A stretch of DNA of 41,528 bases from Octopus bimaculoides (Eukaryota), in assembly GCF_001194135.2 (NCBI RefSeq), contig NC_068989.1, positions 81,520,332-81,561,859 of the forward strand, read 5' to 3'. The notes under the pieces are model-generated. The model saw only the letters and a list, made by a program, of their open reading frames with translations, ran no database searches and was not told the DNA's origin. The translations under genes were made by a program, and so were the position numbers. Shown one piece after another: positions 1-11,878 of the stretch (positions are counted from its first letter, which is position 1; each line of letters starts with the position of its first letter).

Positions 1-277
1 AGCACTTGTGCCGGCGTCACGTAATAAGCACTTGTGCCGGCGTCACGTAATAAGCACTTGTGCCGGCGTCACGTAATAAGCACTTGTGCCGGCGTCACGT
101 AATAAGCACTTGTGCCGGCGTCACGTAATAAACACTTGTGCCGGTGTCACGTAATAAGCACGTGTGCCGGTGTCACGTAATAAGCACGTGTGCCGGTGTC
201 ACGTAATAAGCACGTGTGCCAGTGTCACATAATAAGCACTTGTGCCAGTGCCATGTAATAAGCACTTGTGCCAGTGC
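1..277. repeat. 26-bp tandem repeat (AGCACTTGTGCCGGCGTCACGTAATA), about 10.6 units, cut by the window edge
   Basis: Units start at 1, 27, 53, 79, 105, 131, 157, 183, 209, 235, 261; the first five are identical. Confidence 0.97.
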
Positions 278-455
278 TCTGTTGAACACATCCAGTACAC
301 ACTGTGATATGGTTTGTGTTAGGAAGGCCATCCAGCCATAGAAACCAAACCAAATCAGACTGGAACCTGGTGCAGCTTCCCAGCTCTGGTCAAACCGTCC
401 AACTTATGCTAGCATGGAAAATGGATGTCAAAGGATGAGGATGATGATGATGAAA
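278..455 (+). mobile_element. RTE-type 3' tail (…ccaacccatgctagcatggaaa…(GAT)n)
   Basis: Matches the tail family also seen at 1255-1432, 12720-12878, 13190-13362, 20935-21120 and 32451-32524 (+), and 23861-24060 (-). Confidence 0.8.
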
Positions 456-984
456 AATACTTCTTCCTCTTTTTGTGCGATAAAAATAGTTTTAGCTTCT
501 TCAGTAAAAAGTCAGCAAAATGGACATCATTTCAAAATGTTGAAATTGTTTCTCACAAAATATTTTATATTTTTAGCACAAACATTTTCAAATGTTTTAC
601 TCTACTAACTGTTAGTTGGGTAATTCTCAACTAACACATGGAATGTAATGTTTACAGATGTTTTACATAACTTTGTTAAATTGTTCAGTCATGAAAGCAC
701 TGTTGTCTCAGTTTCCTCAAAATTGTCAACAACATTATAGATTTCACCTACTTTTCCTCATCCCACTACACACACATACACTTTACACAAGGACAAGTTA
801 TTGAAAGTTTGTTTTTCTCACAACATAGTCAGGGAAAGAGGGACAAGAATCACAAGACAATGTTTAAAACTAGTTTCAAAACAAATATCACAAAAGACCT
901 CGCTCAAAGAACACCAGTTTTTGGCTTCCTAGCTGGTGTTTACATACTTCATTGATATACATCAGCAAAAGACATACAAATACA

Positions 985-1145
985 TATATACACATACAAC
1001 AGGCTTCCACACAGTGTATGCCTACCAAATTCCACACCCAATGTATTGTATCAACCCAAAGTGAAGGTAGAAGACACTTGCTCATGGTACTGTGCAGTGG
1101 GATTGAACATGAAACCATATGGTTGCAAGGTGAATTTCTTAACCA
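985..1145 (-). mobile_element. tRNA/CORE-like SINE (family with ccttgggcaagtgtcttc core), decayed
   Basis: Reverse complement of the family at 8170-8360 and 15458-15660. Confidence 0.7.
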
Positions 1146-1527
1146 GAGAACTACGTCTGCATCCAATCTATCTTCAATGGCAGTTTTAATCAAATATTTA
1201 TCCCTCCTTTACATTGTAAAGGCTTACAAAAGGCTATGGCTACTGCTGAGTCAAAAGCACATAAAAAGCACCCAGCACACTTTGTAAAGTGGTTGGCGTT
1301 AGGAAAGGCATTCGGCCATAGAAACCATGCCAAAACAGATAAATGAAGCCTGGACAGCTCTCTAGTTGGTCAGTTCCTGTCAAACCGTCCAACCCATGCC
1401 AGCATGGAAAACGGACGTTAAACAATGATGATGAATTATTGACAAGGGAAGTATTACATGGTAAGCTTTTGATTTGTCAAGTCCACACCCCTGATACTAG
1501 GTCATGATTATTTTAATTAAGTTAGGG

Positions 1528-1794
1528 TAGGGTTACCATACCTGAACAATTAGAATCCAGGACATCTCCGCTGACAATCACCATGACCCTCCGTGACCCA
1601 GCCCAACACACACTTTGGGCCTTTGACTTTTTTCTTATTATAAACTACAGATACTGGGGGACATGGTAAATAAAAAAATACCCATACATAATTTTGTAAA
1701 ATTAAAAGTTTTTCTTTTAAATTCTTCAGGGACGCAAATTTTGACAACTGAATCCAGGACATGGCCTGGACAATGCAGGCGAGTGGCGACCCTA
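1528..1794. mobile_element. Probable hAT-like MITE
   Basis: Imperfect 11-bp TIRs TAGGGTTACCA / TGGCGACCCTA; no clear TSD. Confidence 0.45.
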
Positions 1795-2055
1795 GTCTAG
1801 TTGCAAACTTTAGTACAAGGAATGTCAAAAGCTAATCAGAAAAAAAAAATTATACAGGGTGGAAAAAACAATATTAATCAAAACTTAAACCACTCTTATA
1901 AATACGATTATTTCTGCCTCGTTTATATATATTTTTAGATTATTATTAATGATTTCATTATGGGTAAATCCCACCCCTTCTTTAAGTCTGCTTTTGTATT
2001 GTCACCTTCATCCTTCGTCCCGGTGGCAAATAAAAGAAATAGTTATTATTACGAA

Positions 2056-3003
2056 GGCGGCGAGCAGGCAGAATCGTTAGCACGCCGGGAGGAATGCTCA
2101 GCGGTATTTCGTCTGCCGCTACGTTCTGAGTTCAAATTCCGCCGAGGTCGACTTTGCCTTTCATCCTTTCGGGGTCGATAAATTAAGTACCAGTTACGCA
2201 CTGGGGTCGATATAATCGACTTAATCCGTTTGTCTGTCCTTGTTTGTCCCCTCTGTGTGTAGCCCCTTGTGGGCAGTAAAGAAATAGGTATTTCGTCTGC
2301 CGCTACGTTCTGAGTTCAAATTCCACCGAGGTCGACAAATTACGTACCAGTTGAGTACTGCAGTCGGTGTAATCAACTTGCCCATCACCACAAAATTCAA
2401 GCCTTGTGCTTATAGCAGAAAGGATTATTATTATTATTATTATTAAGGTACCGAGCCTCGTGCCAAAACTTGAACGCATTATAATTATAAAGGTAGCGAG
2501 CTACCAGAATCGTTAGCACGCTGGACAAACTGCTTAATGGCATTTCTTCCACCTTTACGTTCTGAGTTCAAATCCCGCCGAAACCAACTTTGCCTTTCAT
2601 GCTTTTAGGGTCGATGAAATAAAGTACCAGTCAAGTACTGGGCCCATGTAACTGACTTTGCCCTTCCCTTTAAAAGTGCTGGCCTTGTGCCAAGATTAGA
2701 AAGAATTATTGCTATACTTGGCAAGCTGGCAGAATCGTTACCGCGTTAAAATAAATATTTGGCAATATTTCTTTTTATGTCCAGAGTTCAAATCTCGCCG
2801 AAGGGTTGATAAGTTAAAGTAACAATCAATGTAATCGACTACACAACTCGCCTAAAAATTGCTAGCATTGTGTCTAAAATAAAAACTATTATTTTACCAG
2901 TACTTTATTTTATCAACCCTAAAACGATGAAAAGTAAAGTTGACCTCAGCGGAATTTGAACTCGGGACGTAAAGAGCTAGAAGATACACCTCGAGGCATT
3001 TCA
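2056..3003 (+). mobile_element. Cluster of five tRNA-derived SINE copies (family B): 2056-2286 full, 2287-2445 partial, 2492-2710, 2720-2894 (+), 2895-3003 (-)
   Basis: A-box-like TGGCAGAATCGTTAGC, B-box GAGTTCAAATTCC, shared body ggtcgactttgcctttcatcctttcggggtcgataaa, (ATT)n tails. Confidence 0.9.
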
Positions 3004-3495
3004 TCTAGGTTAAGACGTCCACCCTAAATACATCGATTTAACTGAATCCTTTAGTATACAAGTTTTGTTTGGTGCCGAGAAGTATCACATAAAACAAAAG
3101 GTGAGTCAAAAAGGGAGCGTACACGTAGTCGCACGGGACCTAAAATCACATCCTGTTATCTATAAAAAAGAAAAAAAAAGCGACACGTAGTCCGGAGTGT
3201 ACATAATACCTTAAAGTAAGAAAGAAAAGAAAGAGATATAACCACGGCAGAAATACCTGTAATCATAAATCTACTCATTCATGGAAACAGTAACACCCAC
3301 TTATCTGCGAGAGAACCGTAGAACTGCCAATTGAACTGCTAGAAAGAGCAGCCAAATCCCCTTCAAATTACAGCCGAATAAACTTTAAAGCAACAGAGAC
3401 GCATTAGATACTGCTAGTCCAAGATTCAGTATATCCGAAAAGAAAGACCAAACGATCACGGTTGGAACATCTTTGACCACTGATACGTACTAGAT

Positions 3496-3628
3496 TAGGC
3501 ACGGGCAACTTTTTTTGAGAAGCGAGCCGCATGATAGGGCTCATCATCTGGCGGGTCGCACTACAATATAATTTTTCATTAGGCATGTCATTCAAAAAGT
3601 CCAGCGGGCCGCAGGTTGTTCATGACTG
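3496..3628. mobile_element. hAT-Charlie-type MITE
   Basis: TIRs TAGGCACGGGCAAC / GTTGTTCATGACTG; flanks TACTAGAT / TACGAAAT give a 6/8 TSD with a CTAGA core. Confidence 0.6.
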
Positions 3629-4579
3629 TACGAAATTAAAGCTGATTTAAACAACAGTGCTTTGAATGGGGCAGAAACTGAGTAAAAATTACCGGGGAGT
3701 TTGTATAATTTAACGTTCCTATTTAACTTTAAGTTCTGGACATGTTACATTAATAAAAATAACTTTCTTTCGTGTGACCATGACCAAATTGAATAACAAA
3801 GTTTATCAAAAGCAGCCTTAATTTTTATATACTGTGATTCTATGAATTTTGAAGTGGCGATTATAATATAAAAGAGTAAACATTTATATAAAGCAAAGGT
3901 ATGTCGAAGATATACAGGTGATTGTGTTAATTTCAGAGAAGCACTGGATAATATATGAATAGGTCAACGTTTATAGATGAGAGAAAAGATGCAGGTACCT
4001 AAGAAGGTTAAGCAGTATCTAAGGAAAATAAAGAATTAAGAGTTAGAAACGATTAATAAACATACATACGTGGCGAATGAAAAGTTAGAGAAATCTGTGT
4101 AACAAGCTTTAGACAAGTTAGTTAGCTTGGAATAAAGTGGGGTACTGAATAAAAGGGGTTTCCAACTGGAACGACTAATGGCAACGTGTTGATGGAATAA
4201 ACAGCGAATCATGATGCTTTCTGCCAATTTAACCTGTCAAACTGTTTTGATATGTAAATATCTAGAGTTATCTCACCTTGTCAGAATTAGTTCAGGAGTT
4301 TGCCGAAAGAGGGAACTGTAAAACTGCAGTACATTTCATGACTTCTTTTATTCTTGATCTTCATCTTTAGTTTCTTTTTTTTATTTGTATCTCAACTGGT
4401 GAACAATACTCACGTTTATTACAAGTTTCCTATGGGAACGTTGGTGGTCCTTGAATCTAAGAGTCCCCTCTCATAAACTTTGACAAACTGCAGTTTATAC
4501 CACTTCGTTCGACATGTGGCAACCTTGGGCTAAACTGTGTGTGTATGTGTGCGTCTCCTCTCTTTGTCTGTCTGTCTCT

Positions 4580-4623
<44 letters not shown>

Positions 4624-5329
4624 CTATCTATCTATTCACATATACAGAGAGAGTTTTGTTAAATTTCTTCCGACCACTTGAAATTTTACAAATTTTCAGA
4701 AAATGTTGTTCCGATATTTGGCATACTGACAAAAATTGCGTCCAAATTTTTTCCGTTTTTTTTCTAGAAATTAATAATAAAGAAATTACAAGCATTTAAA
4801 GTTATGTCATTTTAGCCAATCGAAAATCTCTATTGTTGATGTATCGTGTTTGCTGACTTCCATTGCCATGGAGATCGGCATACACGAAACCTTTACATGG
4901 TCTCTTGACATGCTGGAAATAGCAGCCAAATCTTCCTTAAACTACATCATAACGTCCAAAAAACAAAAAAAGAACGAAGCATTGTTTCACAGCACCGTTT
5001 GATCCGTCGCTTGAGACTGACCCAAGTACCTTCCACTTGTTGAGTGTTGTCAAAACTATTTTAATTAAAGTCAATTTCTACAATTCCAGGCGAAAGTAAA
5101 GAATACGTACACCCGGTGTTTAGGGTTAGAGTTAGGGTTATTGTTACGCCGAAAACGCCCAATTCCCAAATAAAGATTAAAAAAAAAAGGATTATAGACA
5201 ACTTTTAATTGGTTAATGAAGAAGTAGAGCTATGTCCATGATCTTTGTAGACCTTGTAAGACTAGTCAGGTCAATCTGGTTTATGTTTAGCAGGTAAAGT
5301 ATATGTAGAGGGGAGTGTAGAGTTAACAC

Positions 5330-6300
5330 TTTAAGGAGGGTGGGTTGGGTAATGTGATTAATAGAGGGCCTTAAAGATAAGACACTGTATAGATAGGGAT
5401 TGAAAGAGAGGCAGATATGATGCTGGGTTGTGCAGTATCTAACTAGCTATTTCACAGGAGCAGAACCCATTTCAGTAGTGGAAGAAAAGGCAGAGTAGAC
5501 CAGGGTTTATATTTTATTGGTGAGTCTTAGATTGTTGCATATGGATTATGTTTGTGTGTGGAACATTTAATGGATAAGAATGGAAACATCTGTACAGTTG
5601 TGCATTGTTAGAGGTGGTAACAGAATCAAACTATGAAGCATACCAGAGTTGATAGTGTGTGGGTTAAAGAGAACCATGAACACAAGTTGCAATGAAATAT
5701 GGTCTGACAAGAAGCTTCCAATTGAAGACAGAAGAGATGGAAAGAGCACAGAGAAGGCAAGTTTAGCTAGAAAGTTCTTGTGTCAAATACAGTTAAATGC
5801 TTTACTGATACCAAATACAACAACTTTGCTTTTGTTGAAATTCTCAAAGTGAGGGAACACCCACTATTGAAGACAAACTAGTCACAGAGAAGAGAGAACG
5901 ACACAACAGGTTGGAGGTGTATTGCTAATGATCATTTCTATTGTCTTTGATATGTTAAAGGTGAGACTGATAGTTTGGTAGTTGGCAAGAACAGAGAGAT
6001 TGCGTTTCTTGAGGATGGGACACACTGGCATGTTTCTCAGAGTAAGCTAGATCCCCTAAAAAGAGATAAGGATTGAAGGGTTTGACAAAGATAAAGATAA
6101 ACTCTGGAGTCCACTGTTTGAGGGTGATAAAACACTTGTTGGAAGGGCAGTGACCTTGTTGACATAAGGTGAATGGAAATGTTTTTAACATGTGGCAAGT
6201 ATGTGCACATGGGGGTGGGAGTTAAGTTGGAAGCAAATAGGCAGCAAATATGGAATCTGTTTCCATAGGAGTACTCTTTATTGGTTGTTGAGATTTCAAC
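5330..6300 (-). pseudogene. Degenerate non-LTR reverse transcriptase (CR1/L2/Jockey-like)
   Basis: Minus-strand translation across frameshifts: VCPILKKRNLSVLANYQTISLTFNISKTIEMII, FGISKAFNCI*HKNFLAKL, SFLSD, INSGMLHSLILLP. These match decayed RT motifs NYRPISL, DISKAFD and GVPQGS. Confidence 0.75.
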
Positions 6301-6792
6301 AAAGTTGGTAGAAATCATCTTGACACAGGGACAAAAAAACAAAAAAAGACCAACCACAATTCTGGAGGTGGCTGAAGTGTACAACACATGAAAGTATCTT
6401 TTGCTTTATAAGTAGAGGTCTTACAAAAGTTGATGCAAGTGGAGGAGTTCCTTCAACTGTTGGAGACCACAATATTTAATTGTACTGCTGTGTAGAGGCA
6501 AATATTTTGTATGTGTTGCTATCAGATAAGCATTTACAGATGTAAAATATAACTATTATGCATAACACTCTTTATTATAAGTTACAATACAAATGTCTAC
6601 ATTCTCATTTCATAAATTTACAAAATGACTCACTTGCATTCAATTGGCTAATTGCTTAGAAACACCCCCATACATATATGTGAAATATGTCAAATCATCA
6701 AGTACTATATATATATATAGAGAGAGAGTTGTACTTGCATAGCAAGTGACCTGATCTGAGATCGTGTGCTGGAATGAAAGCAATTTCAGCAT

Positions 6793-7060
6793 GGAAGGTG
6801 TTTATAAGTCATTTAAGAAACACACAAAAACCTCCAGATTCACTTCAACATTTAAATTTAATTTGCCAAAATATTTTCGTCATTTTAAGACTGTGACCTG
6901 TTCACTGACAAAATTTGTAAAAAGAGATGCAGCACAGAATTTTGTCAGTGAACAAGTCACAGTCTCAAAGCGACGAAAATATTTTGGCAAATTAAATTTA
7001 AATGTTGAAGTGAATCTAATGGTTTTTGTGCGTTTCTTAAATGGCTTATAAACACCTTCC
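6793..7060. mobile_element. Fold-back palindromic element (123-bp arms, about 22-nt spacer), runs into the gap
   Basis: 6793-6915 pairs with 7060-6938 with no indels and 9 mismatches; explains the mirror ORFs in the track. Confidence 0.92.
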
Positions 7061-7830
7061 NNNNNNNNNNNNNNNNNNNNNNNNNNNNNNNNNNNNNNNN
7101 NNNNNNNNNNNNNNNNNNNNNNNNNNNNNNNNNNNNNNNNNNNNNNNNNNNNNNNNNNNNNNNNNNNNNNNNNNNNNNNNNNNNNNNNNNNNNNNNNNNN
7201 NNNNNNNNNNNNNNNNNNNNNNNNNNNNNNNNNNNNNNNNNNNNNNNNNNNNNNNNNNNNNNNNNNNNNNNNNNNNNNNNNNNNNNNNNNNNNNNNNNNN
7301 NNNNNNNNNNNNNNNNNNNNNNNNNNNNNNNNNNNNNNNNNNNNNNNNNNNNNNNNNNNNNNNNNNNNNNNNNNNNNNNNNNNNNNNNNNNNNNNNNNNN
7401 NNNNNNNNNNNNNNNNNNNNNNNNNNNNNNNNNNNNNNNNNNNNNNNNNNNNNNNNNNNNNNNNNNNNNNNNNNNNNNNNNNNNNNNNNNNNNNNNNNNN
7501 NNNNNNNNNNNNNNNNNNNNNNNNNNNNNNNNNNNNNNNNNNNNNNNNNNNNNNNNNNNNNNNNNNNNNNNNNNNNNNNNNNNNNNNNNNNNNNNNNNNN
7601 NNNNNNNNNNNNNNNNNNNNNNNNNNNNNNNNNNNNNNNNNNNNNNNNNNNNNNNNNNNNNNNNNNNNNNNNNNNNNNNNNNNNNNNNNNNNNNNNNNNN
7701 NNNNNNNNNNNNNNNNNNNNNNNNNNNNNNNNNNNNNNNNNNNNNNNNNNNNNNNNNNNNNNNNNNNNNNNNNNNNNNNNNNNNNNNNNNNNNNNNNNNN
7801 NNNNNNNNNNNNNNNNNNNNNNNNNNNNNN

Positions 7831-8062
7831 NATACCAGCGCAATCGTCTCTCTTGCACACCACAACTGATGCTTCTAATGTTCAGCTTTTCTCTCAAGAT
7901 ACTTACACTCTGACGGGTATTCACATTGACATTACACATCCAACGGAGCATACTGGCTTCATTCCTTGCGAGCTTACGTATGTCCTCAGCAGTTACAGCC
8001 CATGTTTCACTGCCATGTAGCATGGCTGTTCGTACGCATGCGTCATACAGTCTGCCTTTTAC
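7831..8062 (-). mobile_element. RTE LINE ORF C-terminal fragment
   Basis: RVKGRLYDACVRTAMLHGSETWAVTAEDIRKLARNEASMLRWMCNV…RRLRWY. Confidence 0.92.
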
Positions 8063-8162
8063 TCTCAGATTGGAGCCTGGTGTAGCCATCTGGTTTCACC
8101 AGTCCTCAGTCAAATCGTTCAACTCATGCTAGCATGGAAAGCGGACGTTAAATGACGATGAT
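8063..8162 (+). mobile_element. RTE 3' tail, in opposite orientation and directly fused to the ORF fragment
   Basis: tcagattggagcctggtg…gcatggaaagcggacgttaaatgacgatgat. Confidence 0.88.
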
Positions 8163-8169
8163 ATATATA

Positions 8170-8360
8170 TATAGGCATTGTTGCATGGTTAAGAAGTTTG
8201 TTTTGCAAGCACAAGATTTTGGGGTCAGTCTCACTGCGCAGCACTTGGGCAAGTGTCTTCAATGGCTGTGAGCAGACCAAAAGCATGTGACTGAATTTGA
8301 TAGACAGAAACTGAAAAGTAGCTTGTAATGTGTGTGTGTGTGTGTGTGTGTGCGTGCGAG
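8170..8360 (+). mobile_element. tRNA/CORE-like SINE with (TG)n tail
   Basis: cttgggcaagtgtcttc core; homologous to 15458-15660 (+) and 9405-9520 (-). Confidence 0.75.
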
Positions 8361-8960
8361 AGAGAGAGAAAAAGTGTTTCCTTGTTTTGACATTACACAC
8401 TAATAGTAAACAAACTTCATCCCCATTGTACAAACAGTGATGTTTGTTTGCAGACTTTTTTCAAAAACATTTCCAGACTAGGGAAAAATATTACTTTGCT
8501 TGGAGAAAAGTGGAGGTTGGCCAATATAAGAGCCTCTAGCTGCGAGTAATTCTGCCTCAGTAACTCTCACCTGACTCATTCAAGCATGAAAAAGAAGACA
8601 TTAAAATAATGATAATGATGATATATACACACACACACACAAAACTTTTGATTACTTATTTTCCATTGGAAAAGTGTTTCTCTGAAAATTTTTGTATAAT
8701 GTTTGAGAAAATAGTTCTAATTGAATTCTTTTCTACTGTTAACAACACACCTACAAAAGTACAAATGGTACTCCAAAGTTGTTTGATAATGATTACTATT
8801 TAATTGTGATTTATTCCTTTGTAAAAAGAATGCTGCATGCTCTCATTCACACAAACCTATTTCTTATTTATGAATTATTTACCAAAAGGTTTAATCAGGT
8901 TATAATTAGTATTTAGAGTGACAGTTATGAAGGGAAGTGTGAGAGAAGTAAGTTTGTCTT

Positions 8961-9190
8961 CTATCTTTTTCTTGTTTCAGTCATTAGACTGCAGTCATGT
9001 TGGAGCCTTGAAAGGTGTTTTTTGTCAAACAAATCAACCCTGGTACTTTTATTCTTAAGCCTTGTACTACTTCTATTGTTCTGTTTTGCTGAACTGATAA
9101 GTTACAGGGATGTAAACACACCAGCACCAGTTGTCAAGTGGTGGTAGAGGACAGCCACAAAGATGCATACACACACACACACACACACGC
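8961..9190. mobile_element. Interspersed repeat (cttgtttcagtcattagactg… family)
   Basis: Second copy at 23337-23520. Confidence 0.7.
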
Positions 9191-9956
9191 ATTAATATAT
9201 GAAGAAGCTCATCATATATATATATATATGCGGGAAGGACTGTCTTAACGAAGTTGCGTCTTGTCCCTACCTTTGAAATGCAGAGTAGATAAAACAGGGG
9301 ACAACTGGTGATAGGAATATTTTTGTTTTTTATGTTCTCATTTCTCATTTTGTCTACGTTTTTTTGATGTCCCATACCCATATATGCATGTATATATACA
9401 TTCACAAGGCATTGGTTGGCCTGAGGCTATAGTAGAAGACACTTGCCCAAAGTGCCACACAATGAGACTGAACCCAGAATTATGTGGTTAGGAAGCAAGC
9501 TTCTTACCACACAGCCACATATAAATTATAAAAACGTCTTGTCAGGATAGAAATGGTAGCGGCTTAACAGTATAGTTGTGTGTCATTGATAATTATGAAA
9601 ATGACAGACTGAAAATATTTATCAAATTACCAAATCATTAATTATTAACTGTGATTTCACATTTTACTCCTGTTGTTTGAGAAAGACATTTAAATTTACA
9701 TTCCACACCGAATTGGGAAATAAGTATCTGATTTTTCTGAAGCTTATTTTCCAACATCTGCAAAATTCATCAAAAATCAGAATGGTATTTAAAAATAAAT
9801 CTTTTAAATATTTCCTGATTGACCATAGGTTCAAATATAAATGAAAACATGGCATCAAATCAAACTGAAATTTCTTCCTTGCCATTCCAATGTCAAACTA
9901 AAATTCCCTTTTTATTCATGTTTCAAGCAATTGGTATAAGCTGAGTAGTCTAGAAA

Positions 9957-10232
9957 TTGTAAAGGCTAGTGGTACTGCCCCTCCCTACTGACAATAAACT
10001 ACTGAGTATTAACCCTGACAATGTGACCAAGGTGAGTAAATTTGTGAAGGTGAGGGTTACTGTCCCTCTCTACTGACTAAACCAAGTATAACCCTTAACA
10101 CTGTGACCAACGTGAGCAAATCTGTGAAGGCCATGGTTACTGCCCCTCCCTACTGACTAAACCCTAATACTCTGGCCATTGTGGTTAGATCTGTGAGGGC
10201 CATGGGTACTGTCCCTCTTTTCGCACTAAATC
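9957..10232. repeat. Diverged minisatellite, about 3.5 units of 69-84 bp
   Basis: Recurring tgtgaaggccatggttactgcccctccctactgactaaac at about 9957, 10041, 10121 and 10190. Confidence 0.85.
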
Positions 10233-10558
10233 ATAAAATAAAAGTATGTCACTTAACCATCCTTATCTAAAACTTGATATCATTTCCACTTCATGATAAA
10301 GTAGGAAGTGGATGGAGTCAGTTAATCATGGGAAGACAGATAACCCAGATACTGTGGTGGGAGAACAACAGTCATATAAATGTGTGTCATAAAGATACTT
10401 CGGAAGATATTTTGTTGTTTAGTCCCCGTTCAGTTCTGTCTCAGACATAATGTATCTACATTATCTCATGTGTCCTCCGTTGTTGTTGTTTAGCTTCAGA
10501 AAAGCCCTGATCTGCTAGACATAGTGCATCTAGGGTTTCATTATCTTTGTTGTTGTTA

Positions 10559-11172
10559 AGGCAGCAAGCTGGCGGAATCATTAGCTAATTGTTGTTGTTG
10601 TTGGCACTCCGTCGCTTACGACGTCAAGGGTTCCAGTCGATCCGATCAACGGAACAGCCTGCTCATGAAATTAACATGCAAGTGGCTGAGCACTCCACAG
10701 ACACGTGTACCCTTAACGTAGTTCTCGGGGATATTCAGCGTGACACAGTGTGACAAGGCTGACCCTTTGAATTACAGGCACAACAGAAACAGGAAGTAAG
10801 AGAAAGTTGTGGTGGAAGAGTACAGCAGGGTTCGCCACCATCCCCTACTGGAGCCTCATGGAGCTTTAGGTGTTTTTGCTCAATAAACACTCACAACGCC
10901 CGGTCTGGGAATCGAAACCGCGATCCTATGACCGCGAGTCCGATGCCCTAACCACTGGGCCGTTGCACCTCCACAGAATCATTAGCACGCCAGGCAAAAT
11001 GCTCAACGTCTGCCTTTACGTTCTGAGTTCAAATTCCACCAAGGTCGACTTTGCCTTTCATCGTTTTGGGGTCAATAAATTAAGAACCAGTTGCGTACTG
11101 GGGTCAATCTAATCGACTGGGCACCCCCTACCTCCAAATTTCAGGCCTTGTGCCTATAGTAGAAAGGATTAT
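10559..11172 (+). mobile_element. Family-B SINE split by a nested SINE
   Basis: Head 10559-10585; the body resumes at 10976 with a duplicated GAATCATTAGC. Confidence 0.88.
10586..10975 (-). mobile_element. Full-length tRNA-derived SINE (family C) with (AAC)n tail and 11-bp TSD
   Basis: Minus-strand head GGCCCAGTGGTTAGGGCATCGGACTCGCGGTCATAGGATCGCGGTTTCGATTCC; TSD at 10575-10585 and 10976-10986; partial second copy at 30145-30362. Confidence 0.9.
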
Positions 11173-11304
11173 CTTTGTTGTTGTTGTATCTGTTTAGCCC
11201 AAGGTCAGCTTCAATCCAGCAGACTTACCATCAAAGTTGTTTAGTTATGATCAGCCCTTTTTTTGTATCTCTATGACTGCATTCTCCTTTTCATTTCTGT
11301 AAGA

Positions 11305-11878
11305 TACTTGGCTGGGTGAAGTTCAGGGAATGTGGAGCGTCGTTATGTGGGAAAAGGTTCTCATTGAAGATGAATGGAAAGGTCTATAGGAGCTGTGTGA
11401 GAGTTGCAATGCTGTATGAGAGTGAGACATGGTGTCTGAGGGAGAGAGAGAGATGGCAATTTTGAGAAGGACCGAGAGAGCTATAGTGAGAGAAATGTGT
11501 GGAGTGAAGCTGTTTGATAAAAGGAGGACTGAGGACTTGATGGGGATACTGGGGTTGGAGGAATCAGTGGAAAAGCTGGTAAGGACGAATGGAGTGAAGT
11601 GGTATGGACATGTATTGAGGAGGGATGAGGAGCATGTTCTGAGGAGGGTGCTTGAGTTTGAGGTAAATGGACCAATAAAGCGAGGTAGACTGAGGAAAAT
11701 GTAGAAGGGACAGGTGTAGGAGGAGATTGGGAGGGTTGGCTTCAGAAGGGAGGATGCGCAAAGCAGGGCTATATGGCGAGATGGTGTGAGGGCAGTTGCT
11801 ACGGCATTGAGATAGATCCGGCCACCCCTGTTAACGGGGACAAAATCCAGATTTAAAACACTGGATGATGATGATGAT
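11305..11878 (+). mobile_element. 5'-truncated RTE LINE (second subfamily), decayed
   Basis: KVYRSCVRVAMLYESETWCLREREMAILRRTERAIVREMCGVKL…KWYGHVLRRD…RGR; (GAT)n tail. Confidence 0.9.

Noticed and set aside
1-277. CRISPR-like array
   Set aside because: Units are contiguous with no unique spacers; eukaryotic context; no cas genes.
3950-4230. Possible 3' continuation of the CR1/L2-like element
   Set aside because: The similarity is too weak to call by eye.
6880-7913. Long ORFs in the track (also 35943-36936 and 38368-39354)
   Set aside because: Artefacts of N runs; only the RTE-derived parts are meaningful.
10880-10975. tRNA gene (also the heads at 2056 and 32124)
   Set aside because: A and B boxes are present, but the sequence runs into SINE bodies and tails with TSDs; no acceptor stem.
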